In this document: positions 26,033 through 35,437 of the stretch, one piece after another
How the letters are laid out: every line of letters begins with the position of its first letter
How positions within the stretch are numbered: the stretch's first letter is position 1
IMG/VR virus record: IMGVR_UViG_3300046495_000014
Location: 1-64,000 of that record
Direction: 5' to 3' (one strand)
Origin: a virus
Lineage: Duplodnaviria; Caudoviricetes
DNA length: 64,000 nt
Made by a program: the position numbers and the translations under genes
Notes under the pieces: model-generated
Told to the model about the DNA's origin: nothing
Databases searched by the model: none
What the model saw: the letters and a program-made list of their open reading frames with translations, nothing else

Positions 26033-28018
26033 TCACGTACCGAAGGGACTGGCGCTCGCCGACTGGTAACGCCGTTCCGCGGCCGCCAAAATGTCCCGCT
26101 GGAACACGACTGCGATTCGATCCGGGTCTTGATCTCGGAAGTCTTGTTGGATCTTGAAGGACTGCCCGCCGTTGAACTGGACCTTCGGCGTGCCCGCGGC
26201 CGACTTCTCCCGCTTCGCTGCCACCCCGGCCATGTCCTTCAGTAGGGAGGAGAATTCAGACGCCGAATCCTTCGTGGCGTTCGCCAACGCTTCGTACCCG
26301 ACCGACGTAAGTTCTGCCGACGATACGAACGCGTCTTGCAGGGTCTTAGACTTCGCCAGCAGATTGGCGATGTACGTCTGCGCGCCCGCGTCCGCGACGT
26401 CCACGGCCGTCTGGAACCCTTGGGCGAGAGGCGCGATCGTCGTCGCTTCGTTCGTATCGTGTCCGCCATTCATGAGTCGGGCGTTCTCTTCGATCTGCCG
26501 CGCCGCTTCTTCGGCGCCCGCCACCATGTTCCGGTTCGCGCGATGTTGATCCATCGCCGCGTCCGCGTACTTCTCGGCCTCGACTCGAGACATACCAATC
26601 AGTTTCGAATCGATCAGAAACCGATGCTTCGTCGTCTCGAAGTGGTCCATCGCGTTCTGGTCCATCGCCTCATAACCGGCGTTCTCCTTCTTCGCCATGT
26701 TCGTGAAGTATTCGTACCGCGCGCGAGTGTCCGATTTCTCACCGTCGTCCATCTCCTTCATCAGTTTCGCGCCCTGCGTCGCCGCTAAGGTCACGCTCCC
26801 GATGGCCAGCGCGAACGCTCCTAGCGCCACCACGCCGCCCATCGCACCGGCTCCTAGCGCCGCCCCGCCTGCTTGCCCCATCGTCGTTACGCCGCCCGCT
26901 GCGCCTGCGGAATAGATAGCCTTCCCGGCGCCGAACGCCGACTGTGCGATCTGCGATCCCATTACGGTCTTGGCGCCGTACGCGATCGCCAACGCTTCCT
27001 TGTGCTCGATCGCGAACTGGATGACAGACTTCGCGAATCCCCAGGCCGCTACGATGTCTTCTTTGATCTCCGCGCTGTTTTCGCGGATGTACGCCCAGCC
27101 CTCGCGGATTACCCGCGCCGCTTCTTCGGCGTACTTCGACACGTCGACCGCCATGTGCTTCGCGAATTCTTCGATCGACCCGCTGCCAGCTTTCATCCAC
27201 TCGACTAGCTTCCGCAGCTGCGGAACGATCGCTTGCAGTAGCGGCGTTCCCAACTGCTCCTTCGCGATGTCTTCCATCGTGTGCATCTGCTGGATTAGGG
27301 CGCCCATCCCCAACGGAGCCTGCCCTAGCTTTTCGGAGATGTGTTCCATCCCCTTTTCGAGCCGGTCCGACCGCTGTTCGTCGGTTAGTTTCGCCCATTC
27401 CGCCGCGGCCCCCTTCGTCTTGTCGCCGAAGATCCCAGTCGTTTGCAGCAACTGGAACATGTGCCCGCGGGTTCGCAAAATGCCTTCGCCCATCATCTGG
27501 TACTCGCGGGCCATGCCTTCCGCGCTGCCGCCTAGTACACGAGACATGATCGCGATCTGCGCGATCGATCCCTTGGACTTTTCCAGATTCTCGACGCCCG
27601 CCCCGCCGATCTCCGTCAGCACCTGGAACGCGCCCTTCAGATCGTCGGCGTTCCGCCCCTGGTCCAACGCGAGTTGGTTCAAGTGCTCGTTGAGTTCCTT
27701 CGACTGCGACTTCGCCGCGTCCCACGGAACGTTCTGCATCGTCGCGATGAGTCCCGTCATCGCCCCGACGTATTTGCCGTTGTTCCGGGCCGCGTCTATG
27801 AACGACGCCCCGAACTCTTCCACCTTGTGGATCGCCTGCGGGAGGTACGACCCGACGGCCATAGATAGGGTCGATTTGAAGAACCCCATGCCCGCCTGCG
27901 TCGCCTGCTGGGCCTGCGACGTTTGCTCGAACGCCTTCTTCAGTCCCTGAATAACCGACGAGCCGCCCGCGTCTTCGACGACTAACTTCGTTTTGACTTC
28001 ATGCGTTTCGGTGGACAC
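26033..28018 (-). CDS. Tail tape measure protein
   Basis: 661 aa Ala/Gly-rich helical protein after chaperone genes; hydrophobic Gly-rich segment. Confidence 0.85.
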   Translation of the reverse strand: MSTETHEVKTKLVVEDAGGSSVIQGLKKAFEQTSQAQQATQAGMGFFKSTLSMAVGSYLPQAIHKVEEFGASFIDAARNNGKYVGAMTGLIATMQNVPWDAAKSQSKELNEHLNQLALDQGRNADDLKGAFQVLTEIGGAGVENLEKSKGSIAQIAIMSRVLGGSAEGMAREYQMMGEGILRTRGHMFQLLQTTGIFGDKTKGAAAEWAKLTDEQRSDRLEKGMEHISEKLGQAPLGMGALIQQMHTMEDIAKEQLGTPLLQAIVPQLRKLVEWMKAGSGSIEEFAKHMAVDVSKYAEEAARVIREGWAYIRENSAEIKEDIVAAWGFAKSVIQFAIEHKEALAIAYGAKTVMGSQIAQSAFGAGKAIYSAGAAGGVTTMGQAGGAALGAGAMGGVVALGAFALAIGSVTLAATQGAKLMKEMDDGEKSDTRARYEYFTNMAKKENAGYEAMDQNAMDHFETTKHRFLIDSKLIGMSRVEAEKYADAAMDQHRANRNMVAGAEEAARQIEENARLMNGGHDTNEATTIAPLAQGFQTAVDVADAGAQTYIANLLAKSKTLQDAFVSSAELTSVGYEALANATKDSASEFSSLLKDMAGVAAKREKSAAGTPKVQFNGGQSFKIQQDFRDQDPDRIAVVFQRDILAAAERRYQSASASPFGT

Positions 28019-28036
28019 CTAGGCAGGGTAACACGG

Positions 28037-28058
28037 GACGCCGGATCGATCCGGCGTC
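28037..28058. repeat. 22-bp palindrome, exact copy (extends to 28 bp, 28034-28061)
   Basis: Between chaperone stop and GTGTTACCCT-N6-GTG of tape measure. Confidence 0.97.
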
Positions 28059-28065
28059 CCGCTAC

Positions 28066-28464
28066 CTACCCGCCCGCGTCGAAGTCGCCGAATCCCCAGG
28101 GCGACATCGCTGGAACGGCGGGGGTCGGTTCGTTTCCGCCGTTCTCGTTTCGAATCAGTTCGGCCAACGCCGCTTCCCAGAGTTGGGCTTCTTCGTGCGT
28201 TAGCTCCCACGCCCAGTCGACAGACTGCCTAAGGTACCGGACGATCGCCGTCACGCGCGCGTACAGTTCCGTCAACGCCTGATTCGGATCCGGGTACATG
28301 AACAAGAACGCCGCGTCGAATCCGACGTCGGCCCCCGTCCCTCCCGCGTACTTCCACGCCAGGCGGTGCAGTCGTTTCGCTACCCAATCGGGGTCTAGCG
28401 TCCAGCCGTTCGCGTCGACGGTCAGCCGCCCGCTAGACGTACTGCGACGCAGTTCTCGAAAAAA
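28066..28464 (-). CDS. Tail assembly chaperone frameshift extension (GT-type)
   Basis: Open -1 frame from slippery T TTT TTC (28458-28464): FFRELRRSTSSGRLTVDANGWTLDPDW... Confidence 0.7.
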   Translation of the reverse strand, partial: FFRELRRSTSSGRLTVDANGWTLDPDWVAKRLHRLAWKYAGGTGADVGFDAAFLFMYPDPNQALTELYARVTAIVRYLRQSVDWAWELTHEEAQLWEAALAELIRNENGGNEPTPAVPAMSPWGFGDFDAGG

Positions 28465-28958
28465 TCGGCCATCTCTTCCTGCTTCGCGACGTGCAGTTGG
28501 ACGAACAGTCGATCCAGAATCGAACGGCACTTCGGTCCGATCGCGTCCCACCAGATGTCGATGTTGCCGACGCCGGGTTCGCCGGTCCAGTCCGCCACGG
28601 CCCCGTCGACGGCGCGGATCATCTGTTTCGCCATCTGCTCGGCCATCTTGTTCGGGTCTTTATCGGACCGCATGATGGCTAGCTTTTGGTCGCCTAGGTT
28701 ATTCGACCAGATGATCGCCTGCCGTTCGCCCTTCGCCGGCGTGTCCGTCATCGTCGGGCGGAATCGGAGGTACATCACCTGCTTGTTGCGCGGTATCTTC
28801 AGACCCGGCGGTACCAGCACCCAGTCGGGGATCCCGCCGTCCGTCGCGTCGGGTAAGTCCACGCGTGGGGTTATCGGGATCGGAGTCTCGACGGCTTCCG
28901 CCATCGCGTTGGGGGTTACGTTCGGTGGTGGTGGGTCGGTATCGTTTCGATCGATCAT
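28422..28958 (-). CDS. Tail assembly chaperone (G-type)
   Basis: Between tube and tape measure; ends ..MADFFENCVAVRLAGG. Confidence 0.75.
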   Translation of the reverse strand: MIDRNDTDPPPPNVTPNAMAEAVETPIPITPRVDLPDATDGGIPDWVLVPPGLKIPRNKQVMYLRFRPTMTDTPAKGERQAIIWSNNLGDQKLAIMRSDKDPNKMAEQMAKQMIRAVDGAVADWTGEPGVGNIDIWWDAIGPKCRSILDRLFVQLHVAKQEEMADFFENCVAVRLAGG

Positions 28959-28996
28959 GGGGTGTAGTCCTCGGCTCGAACCTTACCACAACCCCC

Positions 28997-29039
28997 AAAA
29001 CGGCAGCACCCCTGCATCCATCGGACGCCGGGGTGCCGT
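28997..29039 (-). terminator. Intrinsic terminator after tail tube gene
   Basis: GCACCCC/GGGGTGC stem extended by ACGG/CCGT, followed by TTTT on minus strand. Confidence 0.5.
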
Positions 29040-29069
29040 AGCCTCTAAGCGTACTCCCGCAGGGGGGGA

Positions 29070-29513
29070 CTAGAGCAACTGGTTGTTCGTCATCGACCGT
29101 TCGCTGCATGCGAACGTCAATTTGTGTTTCGCGAATTCCTTTCGGCTCGCGATCGACGACGCAGCCGGGCCCCAAGCCACGTCCATGTAAACGAACACGG
29201 TCGAATCGCCGTTGGCGTAAATGTCCGACCGAACGACGTTGAAGACGATGCCCGGATCTTTACGCTGCGCCCGCGACCGAATCGCTTCCACGAATTCGGT
29301 CCAGCCGCTGCGCGCCGACTGGAACTCTAGGTTCCCCTTGTAGCCGCTGAACACGTCCGAATACGTCGACGCAGTATGGCCTAGGAAGTTCTCTTCCTTG
29401 ATTTCGTTCTCCATCGTGTCGTCGAACGTCCCGATGGCGGTGATCTCCGACACCACCGTTCCGTCGCGAATTAGTCGAACGGTCACGTCCTGCCCTAATA
29501 GTCTTTGCTCCAT
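29070..29513 (-). CDS. Tail tube protein
   Basis: 147 aa beta-rich, immediately after sheath. Confidence 0.8.
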   Translation of the reverse strand: MEQRLLGQDVTVRLIRDGTVVSEITAIGTFDDTMENEIKEENFLGHTASTYSDVFSGYKGNLEFQSARSGWTEFVEAIRSRAQRKDPGIVFNVVRSDIYANGDSTVFVYMDVAWGPAASSIASRKEFAKHKLTFACSERSMTNNQLL

Positions 29514-29525
29514 GGTGTTGGTTCC

Positions 29526-31754
29526 TTACGCCGCGGCCTTGATTACGAGAACGCCTTCGCCGATCTCGGTGTCCAGAACGATTACGTCCATCGACGGTAG
29601 CGTTCGAACTTTGATGATGCACCGGAATAGCCCCGCCGCCGTACTGTCCGGAGTGTTGCCCGATTTGTAGTCCGTCGACCAGTCTTCGATGCGCTGCGCG
29701 TCCGCGTTGTTATCTGACTTCAGTCCCTTCAGGAACGAATCGATCGTGCCGATTACGAGCCCGCGTCGCGTTCGCCCGTTGAGCTTCTTGGTGAACGGCT
29801 TGAGCCCTACCGACAAGCTATCTTGGATGAAATCCGCCATACGACGACGGGCTATGTTCTTCAGCCCCGGGTACACCGCGGGGTTTACCGACGTCACGCC
29901 GGATTCGACGATCGCAGTTCCGTCGTCGATCCGTAGAGCCGCGATGCCTGCCGCTTTGAACGCTTCATAATCGTTGATCGTCAGGTTCAGAACGTCCGGA
30001 TTCCCCTGTTCGATGTCGATCAGATTCGTCGCGAACGTCGTCTCTTGTCCCGGGTTTTCCTCGGGAGGCAACTGCGACATGATCGACGCCAGCCAGGTGT
30101 CGGAACCGACGTCGATCGTTCCGTCCGCCGTGAATCCAGCTCCGCCCGCGACGCCGACTTTAGCGATCGCCGGAATGAAAGTGTGGCCGCCGGGGAACGC
30201 GTAAACCACGCGTTGATCGCGGTACGCGCCGACGCCCGGTTGCGTCGTATCGCTGCGCGCCTGCGCCCGCGTAGTCGTCCCGAGCGGAGGGCGAATAACA
30301 GCTACGCGCCCGAACATTCCGTTGGCGGACGACAACAGCGCGTTCGACCGTAGCGCGTTACGAATCGCGTTCGACTGTCGCGCGCTAACGATGATGTTGG
30401 CCTGTTTCGCGATGCTGTTTAGATTCCGCGTCGCGTCGAACGCCGCGAGGTAGGCCGCGTCCAACGCCGGTTCGGTCAACGCCGCCGCGATCGACAGCGT
30501 GTTCGTAACAGCCCACAACCCCATGGCAACGGGCATCGCCGCGATCGTCGTAATCGCCGCCGGCAAAGCCGACGCCACAGTTCCGTCGTCGGTAGCCGGT
30601 CGGATTCGAGCCTTATACGGACCGGCTGAAGTCGCCGTCACCGCTACATCCACGGCGGTAACCCACTGATGGGTTCCAGCCGTATCCGTAACTTCGATCC
30701 CGGCGCTAAGCGTCCCGGCGGTCGCTCCCATTATCGCAGTCACGGCCGTGTCGAGCGGCGCGAATCCGAAGATCGTCGCCGCCGTACTCGTGGATACGAC
30801 CTTGATCGACGGGGTGCCGGTCGTCGACTTCGACGCGATCCTCAAGTTTCCAGCCGAGTCGCGATCGATCTGCGTTCCCGACGACGCCGCGGTCACGACC
30901 GTAGCCACTTCGGCCGCCGTTACCGCCAGGATGTTTCCGACGTTCCCGGTTCCCGCCGTAATTCCAGCGGTAAGTCCGGTAGCAGTCGCCACCAGTCCGC
31001 TGATGGTTCCGATCTGCAAACTACCAGCGGTCCCGAGTACGACGCCCGACAACTTGATGCCGTTCCCGCCCGTATCCGTCGCCACCGCGTAGCTGAACGA
31101 CGCGTTGATTCGACTGATGACCTGCACCTTCGATTGGTCCGCGCTGGTGAACGTAACGACCACGGGCGCTGCGCCGTCGACCATGATTTGCAGGGTTTCG
31201 CCGCCGACGAACGTCGACGGGTAAACGCCGGTCCCGGTACGATTACCCACGGCCGCGTTGAACGTAGCCGTCGAATTCGCCGCCCCGTCGAGCGAGAACA
31301 CCAGCGTGGCTGCCGGCGCTAGGGTCCACGTCGAGTTGGCGTTGCCGAGGATGTACGGCAGCCGCGTGAACGATACTTCGCCCACCGTCGTATCGACGCG
31401 ACACAAGATCAGACGACTGAACGACTTCCCTGCTAACGCTACGTAGCCGTTGCCGTTCCAGTACTCCGGAACCGCTGCCGCGTCGGCGTTGCGAGATCGG
31501 GCGCACGGGAAGTTACCCGGTACGCCGTTGTAAACGAACCCGAACGCCCCGTATTGGGTAAGAACGTCTTGGCCGCCCATTACCTCTTGCGGGGTATACG
31601 GGCCCTTCTCAAATTCTGCGACCAAGCAAACCGTCCCGGATCCTGTTCCGATGATGGATGCAGCTGGTTCGCGGTCGATGATGACGACGCCTTCGATCGC
31701 CAGCAATTCGGCGAGCCCCGGGTCCTGCAAATAACGACGGATGAATCCGGACAT
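29526..31754 (-). CDS. Contractile tail sheath protein
   Basis: 742 aa; C-terminal GVTS...LKNIARRRMADFIQDSL...IKVRTLPSMDVIVL sheath fold. Confidence 0.88.
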   Translation of the reverse strand: MSGFIRRYLQDPGLAELLAIEGVVIIDREPAASIIGTGSGTVCLVAEFEKGPYTPQEVMGGQDVLTQYGAFGFVYNGVPGNFPCARSRNADAAAVPEYWNGNGYVALAGKSFSRLILCRVDTTVGEVSFTRLPYILGNANSTWTLAPAATLVFSLDGAANSTATFNAAVGNRTGTGVYPSTFVGGETLQIMVDGAAPVVVTFTSADQSKVQVISRINASFSYAVATDTGGNGIKLSGVVLGTAGSLQIGTISGLVATATGLTAGITAGTGNVGNILAVTAAEVATVVTAASSGTQIDRDSAGNLRIASKSTTGTPSIKVVSTSTAATIFGFAPLDTAVTAIMGATAGTLSAGIEVTDTAGTHQWVTAVDVAVTATSAGPYKARIRPATDDGTVASALPAAITTIAAMPVAMGLWAVTNTLSIAAALTEPALDAAYLAAFDATRNLNSIAKQANIIVSARQSNAIRNALRSNALLSSANGMFGRVAVIRPPLGTTTRAQARSDTTQPGVGAYRDQRVVYAFPGGHTFIPAIAKVGVAGGAGFTADGTIDVGSDTWLASIMSQLPPEENPGQETTFATNLIDIEQGNPDVLNLTINDYEAFKAAGIAALRIDDGTAIVESGVTSVNPAVYPGLKNIARRRMADFIQDSLSVGLKPFTKKLNGRTRRGLVIGTIDSFLKGLKSDNNADAQRIEDWSTDYKSGNTPDSTAAGLFRCIIKVRTLPSMDVIVLDTEIGEGVLVIKAAA

Positions 31755-31799
31755 GAACTGTACTCCTGTCCGGAAAGTATCACGCCGCCCTGCAGGGCA

Positions 31800-32528
31800 C
31801 TAGCCCAACGTGTGGTACACGTTTCCGTCCCGTACGTTCGCTTCGCGGGGTCCGAAGTCGAGCAACACGCGCAGCCGGCGGTAGTCGATCAACGCGACTT
31901 CGGGCACCCACACTTCGACCCGTAGGTGGGCGATCCTCCGACCCGCTGCCGCCGCGCCGAAGTCGACGCTGTACCCGTCGCCGCTCACGATACTGAAGCA
32001 CGCGCCCTGGTCGAAGTACGCCGGGCATCGCAGGCACAGTTGGCCGCTGTCCGTGAAGTACCGCGTCGCGTAGCGGATCCCTTCGATAATCCCCCGCGTT
32101 ACTTCGGGCGTCGACGATATCGCCTCGACCGTCATTTGTTCGACGTAATACCCGGTGGTGAGCAGGACCGTCCCGGGGCCGTACCGGTCGATCGTGTCTT
32201 CGTCCGCTTCTGGTCTGCCCAGCGAGTACACCCACTTTTCGTCGTACGAATACGGGCCGGGAATGAATCCCACCCCGGTCAACTTCTGGTCCTCTTGCGA
32301 CTGGTCGGGGGGCGTCGGGAAGATCCGATCGCGAGGAACCTTGAAGGCCTGCGTTTCCGCGTCGGTAATCGTCCGCCGAAACACCAGCAGGCTGATGAAG
32401 TCCGCGAACCGATCCAGCGCGTGCCCCCGCGCCCCCTTGTGAGGTAACGGCCGAAGGGGCCGTTCCGGATAGGTCGCCCCTAGGTTCCGATCGACGTCTA
32501 TTAGGTCGCGCAATTCTGACAGGTTCAT
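31800..32528 (-). CDS. Tail terminator/completion protein
   Basis: Position between gp10-like gene and sheath. Confidence 0.55.
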   Translation of the reverse strand: MNLSELRDLIDVDRNLGATYPERPLRPLPHKGARGHALDRFADFISLLVFRRTITDAETQAFKVPRDRIFPTPPDQSQEDQKLTGVGFIPGPYSYDEKWVYSLGRPEADEDTIDRYGPGTVLLTTGYYVEQMTVEAISSTPEVTRGIIEGIRYATRYFTDSGQLCLRCPAYFDQGACFSIVSGDGYSVDFGAAAAGRRIAHLRVEVWVPEVALIDYRRLRVLLDFGPREANVRDGNVYHTLG

Positions 32529-33067
32529 GGGGGGGTGCCGATCGCACGGGTTACTTCAGCAACTACGTATTCGCCGGTGTACCGCAAATTGCAGTCGCTC
32601 ATGATTTGCTGACCGCCGCCGCTGAATCGGTTGTGAAAGCCTTTACCAGCCGCGGCCTTCTTCGCTATCGCCCAGGCCATCGACATCGCCGCGTTCTGTG
32701 TGGCCGTCCCGTGGGCGTCGTTCTTCATCCGCAGTACCAACCCTTTACGGATTACCCACGCCGCCAGCGCCGCCAGTAACTTCCGCCCGATCTTGATGTT
32801 CGACGCCCGCACGCCGTGTTCGATAATCGCCGCCACCGGACTGTCGTTGTAGAACGCCGCCCCGTTGTCGAGCGGTTCGATCTTCCAGCCCGCGCGGTAG
32901 ATCCCGCGGTCGACCGGCTGCGGCGTGCGCGCCGGAATGATGACCGTCTGAATAGTCTGCACGCAGCGAGCCGCCGCCAGTTTACACCCGACGATCGCTT
33001 GCCTCTTACGACGTCCATCGAGTTCCCCGAAGAACGCCCCCGCGGCTTTTAGGTCGATAGTCGTCAC
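32525..33067 (-). CDS. HK97 gp10-like neck protein
   Basis: PVDRGIYRAGW...YNDSPVAAIIEHG motif. Confidence 0.75.
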   Translation of the reverse strand: MTTIDLKAAGAFFGELDGRRKRQAIVGCKLAAARCVQTIQTVIIPARTPQPVDRGIYRAGWKIEPLDNGAAFYNDSPVAAIIEHGVRASNIKIGRKLLAALAAWVIRKGLVLRMKNDAHGTATQNAAMSMAWAIAKKAAAGKGFHNRFSGGGQQIMSDCNLRYTGEYVVAEVTRAIGTPP

Positions 33068-33092
33068 ACCCGAACGGTACCACGCAGCCAGT

Positions 33093-33365
33093 TCAGGCGG
33101 TAACCCACCGACCGTCCCGGATGAATCCGTGGTGGCCGCACGCGCGACAAAGTACCGACGGTAACAGCGTTATCGGTTCAGCGGTTGCCAGCTGCCAGCC
33201 CATTCCCGCAGGGCAGTGCTCACCTTCGACTGCGATCCATCCGGCATGCGCGCCCTTAGGACAGTCGTGCCAATAGGCGACGCCGGCCAATTCCCCATCG
33301 ATATATCGCTGTTCAATCGTAACCCCGGACCCGATGTCGATGATTTCGCGTTTGGTACAGTCCAC
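33093..33365 (-). CDS. Small Cys/His metal-binding protein (DUF6527-like)
   Basis: WHDCPKG...PITLLPSVLCRACGHHGFIRDGRW; AGGAG RBS. Confidence 0.55.
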   Translation of the reverse strand: MDCTKREIIDIGSGVTIEQRYIDGELAGVAYWHDCPKGAHAGWIAVEGEHCPAGMGWQLATAEPITLLPSVLCRACGHHGFIRDGRWVTA

Positions 33366-33384
33366 GATTATCGCTCCTAAGTTC

Positions 33385-33406
33385 GACGCCGGATCGATCC
33401 GGCGTC
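33385..33406. repeat. 22-bp palindrome, exact copy overlapping upstream stop codon
   Basis: TGA at 33405-33407 shares 2 nt with the palindrome. Confidence 0.97.
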
Positions 33407-34046
33407 AGTCCGGAACGTCCAACACGTCGTCGGCGCCCGTCGTCGGGTTACCTAACCGGTCGGTGTCGGACGACATCGGTTCGAGTACGACCGCCCACTG
33501 CGCGCCTTCTTCGTCCCGCCAGGGACTAGCGCCCAGCTTGTACCGACGGCGCATCGGCGGGTCGTCGCCGCGCCCGTCTTCCACGATCTCGTAAAAGAAC
33601 ACGGTCGGATCCTGCGGCCCTAAGTAGGTCGCGATCGCCGCCGTCGACGGGCCAGGATCGCTCGTGCGCGCCTCGCACGCCGACTGGTCCGGGTAGTCGA
33701 CGGGAATTCGCACCCCGCGCAAATGGTCTTCCGTGAACCAGTACGCGCTGATCTCGTCGACGCGCACCGAGCCGTCGGCAACGATACCGATCGACAACGG
33801 ACGTCTAGTCGTCGACGTCAGATCGGCCACCCGCGGGGTCGGCAACAGTTCGATTCGGGCCCGGATGACGTCCTGGCCAGCCCCCGCCGTTTCCCCGGTC
33901 GATTCGACCCACACCAAAAACACCCGGCGCGACCGCGTTCCGAACTTCGTATACAACTGTCGGACCCGATCTAATCGTCCCGTCAGTCGCTGCGCCAGCG
34001 TTCCCCTCGCTGCCGCAGGCCCTGGAAGCGGTCGCACGCGGGGCAC
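33405..34046 (-). CDS. Head closure/stopper-like protein
   Basis: Position in neck module; beta-rich. Confidence 0.5.
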   Translation of the reverse strand: MPRVRPLPGPAAARGTLAQRLTGRLDRVRQLYTKFGTRSRRVFLVWVESTGETAGAGQDVIRARIELLPTPRVADLTSTTRRPLSIGIVADGSVRVDEISAYWFTEDHLRGVRIPVDYPDQSACEARTSDPGPSTAAIATYLGPQDPTVFFYEIVEDGRGDDPPMRRRYKLGASPWRDEEGAQWAVVLEPMSSDTDRLGNPTTGADDVLDVPD

Positions 34047-34047
34047 G

Positions 34048-34488
34048 TTATCTCTGCGCCTTCAGTAGAGTCACGCGCGCCTGCGCGTTCGCCACGACGT
34101 CGGAACGTACGTTCAAGACCTGCGACAGCGATAGTAAGTCTTCGAGCACCGTCGCGATCGCCGCGGTGAACGCCGATACGTCTAGGGTCTGGGCGTTCGC
34201 TTGGATAGCGGCCAAGATCGCGTCTTCTTCCGCCTGAAAGATCAGATCGCCCTTGATTACGATCTGCGTCAGTAGCTCCCGCTTGGCCGCCTGTTGGTCG
34301 GCGGGCAGCAACGGGATCATCGATTCCGCCGCCGTAGCTAAAACGTGGAACGTAGTCTTCGCGGATTCGGACGCCGCCTGCACAGCGTCCAGCGCGGAAC
34401 TAACCTTTTGGTTGCCGCAGCCTGAAACGGGAATCACGCAGCAAACCATCACCATGAGGGCGAAGATCGCCGCAGTTATTTTGGTCAT
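34048..34488 (-). CDS. Putative lipoprotein in neck module
   Basis: Hydrophobic signal then VSGC lipobox; helical body. Confidence 0.6.
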   Translation of the reverse strand: MTKITAAIFALMVMVCCVIPVSGCGNQKVSSALDAVQAASESAKTTFHVLATAAESMIPLLPADQQAAKRELLTQIVIKGDLIFQAEEDAILAAIQANAQTLDVSAFTAAIATVLEDLLSLSQVLNVRSDVVANAQARVTLLKAQR

Positions 34489-34495
34489 CGAGTAC

Positions 34496-34894
34496 CTATC
34501 CCGCGACGCGAACGTTGACGCCCGACGTCGCTTGCAGTCGTTTGTCGAACGGGTTGCGAGGACAGCCGAGCATGTTCGACAGCGCCGCCACCCAGTAGTC
34601 GTAACTAGACACCAGTTGCTTCTGTTCTCTCGCGTTGATCTTGATTCCGCCCAGCGATTCGACTGCCATGTTCTCTAGGTCGCCGACCATCTGGCATTCG
34701 ATAGCGTCTAGGGTCGCCAAGATCTGACGGTAGCGCGGTAGCGCCGCTTCCAACAGCTTATCCATCGCCCCTTCGATGATGAACGTCGTTTCGACCGACG
34801 CCGGAGAACCCAAGACGAACGTGTACGCGTCGGCCACCTGTAGGTAACCCATGTGGTGGCGGGTCGCGATCCGTTCGTCTTCGGCTAGGGACAC
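34496..34894 (-). CDS. Head-tail adaptor-like protein
   Basis: Helical 132 aa, second gene after capsid. Confidence 0.6.
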   Translation of the reverse strand: MSLAEDERIATRHHMGYLQVADAYTFVLGSPASVETTFIIEGAMDKLLEAALPRYRQILATLDAIECQMVGDLENMAVESLGGIKINAREQKQLVSSYDYWVAALSNMLGCPRNPFDKRLQATSGVNVRVAG

Positions 34895-34912
34895 TGGCGT
34901 CGCCTTTCAAAT

Positions 34913-35251
34913 TCAGTCGATGATTTCGGGCGAGTAAGACTCTTCCCGCTGAAGTCGGATCCCCTGCCGTTGCAGGTGCTGGATGTCGTAGTTCAGAGAG
35001 TCGATGACCTTGCCCTCTTTTAGGTTCGTACGGAATCCCGCTTGCAGAACCGGGCCGCCGCGCACGACGACGTATCGTCGAACCTTCGGGATCTCTTCGG
35101 GCGCTGGTGCGTCCGGTAATTGCTTAGCCGTCGCGTCGGCTACTACGACCGCGGTGGCCGCGTCGTTGACGTTGGGTAGTTCGATCACGTGTTCTTCGTC
35201 GCTCAACACTGTGATGTTCTCGCCCTCTTTATCGCTTTTCTGTCTCGCCAT
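34913..35251 (-). CDS. Hypothetical protein after capsid
   Basis: Start reassigned to MARQKSDK (GGAGGA RBS, GTGGTAGGGT promoter). Confidence 0.65.
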   Translation of the reverse strand: MARQKSDKEGENITVLSDEEHVIELPNVNDAATAVVVADATAKQLPDAPAPEEIPKVRRYVVVRGGPVLQAGFRTNLKEGKVIDSLNYDIQHLQRQGIRLQREESYSPEIID

Positions 35252-35288
35252 AGTTCCTCCGATTCGGACGCCCCACCCTACCACGCTG

Positions 35289-35314
35289 CCGTCCGTCGTT
35301 CGAACGACGGACGG
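35289..35314. repeat. 26-bp perfect palindrome after capsid gene
   Basis: CCGTCCGTCGTTCGAACGACGGACGG. Confidence 0.9.
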
Positions 35315-35437
35315 AAAATCCCGCGGCACGGGGTAACGTAGGCAGCCGCACGGGTAGAATCGGGGGACTACTTCGAGGAACGATAGGCGACGCACGCCGC
35401 GCTACTTCACCCGCGTGTCCCCCGTGCCGGAGGAAAC

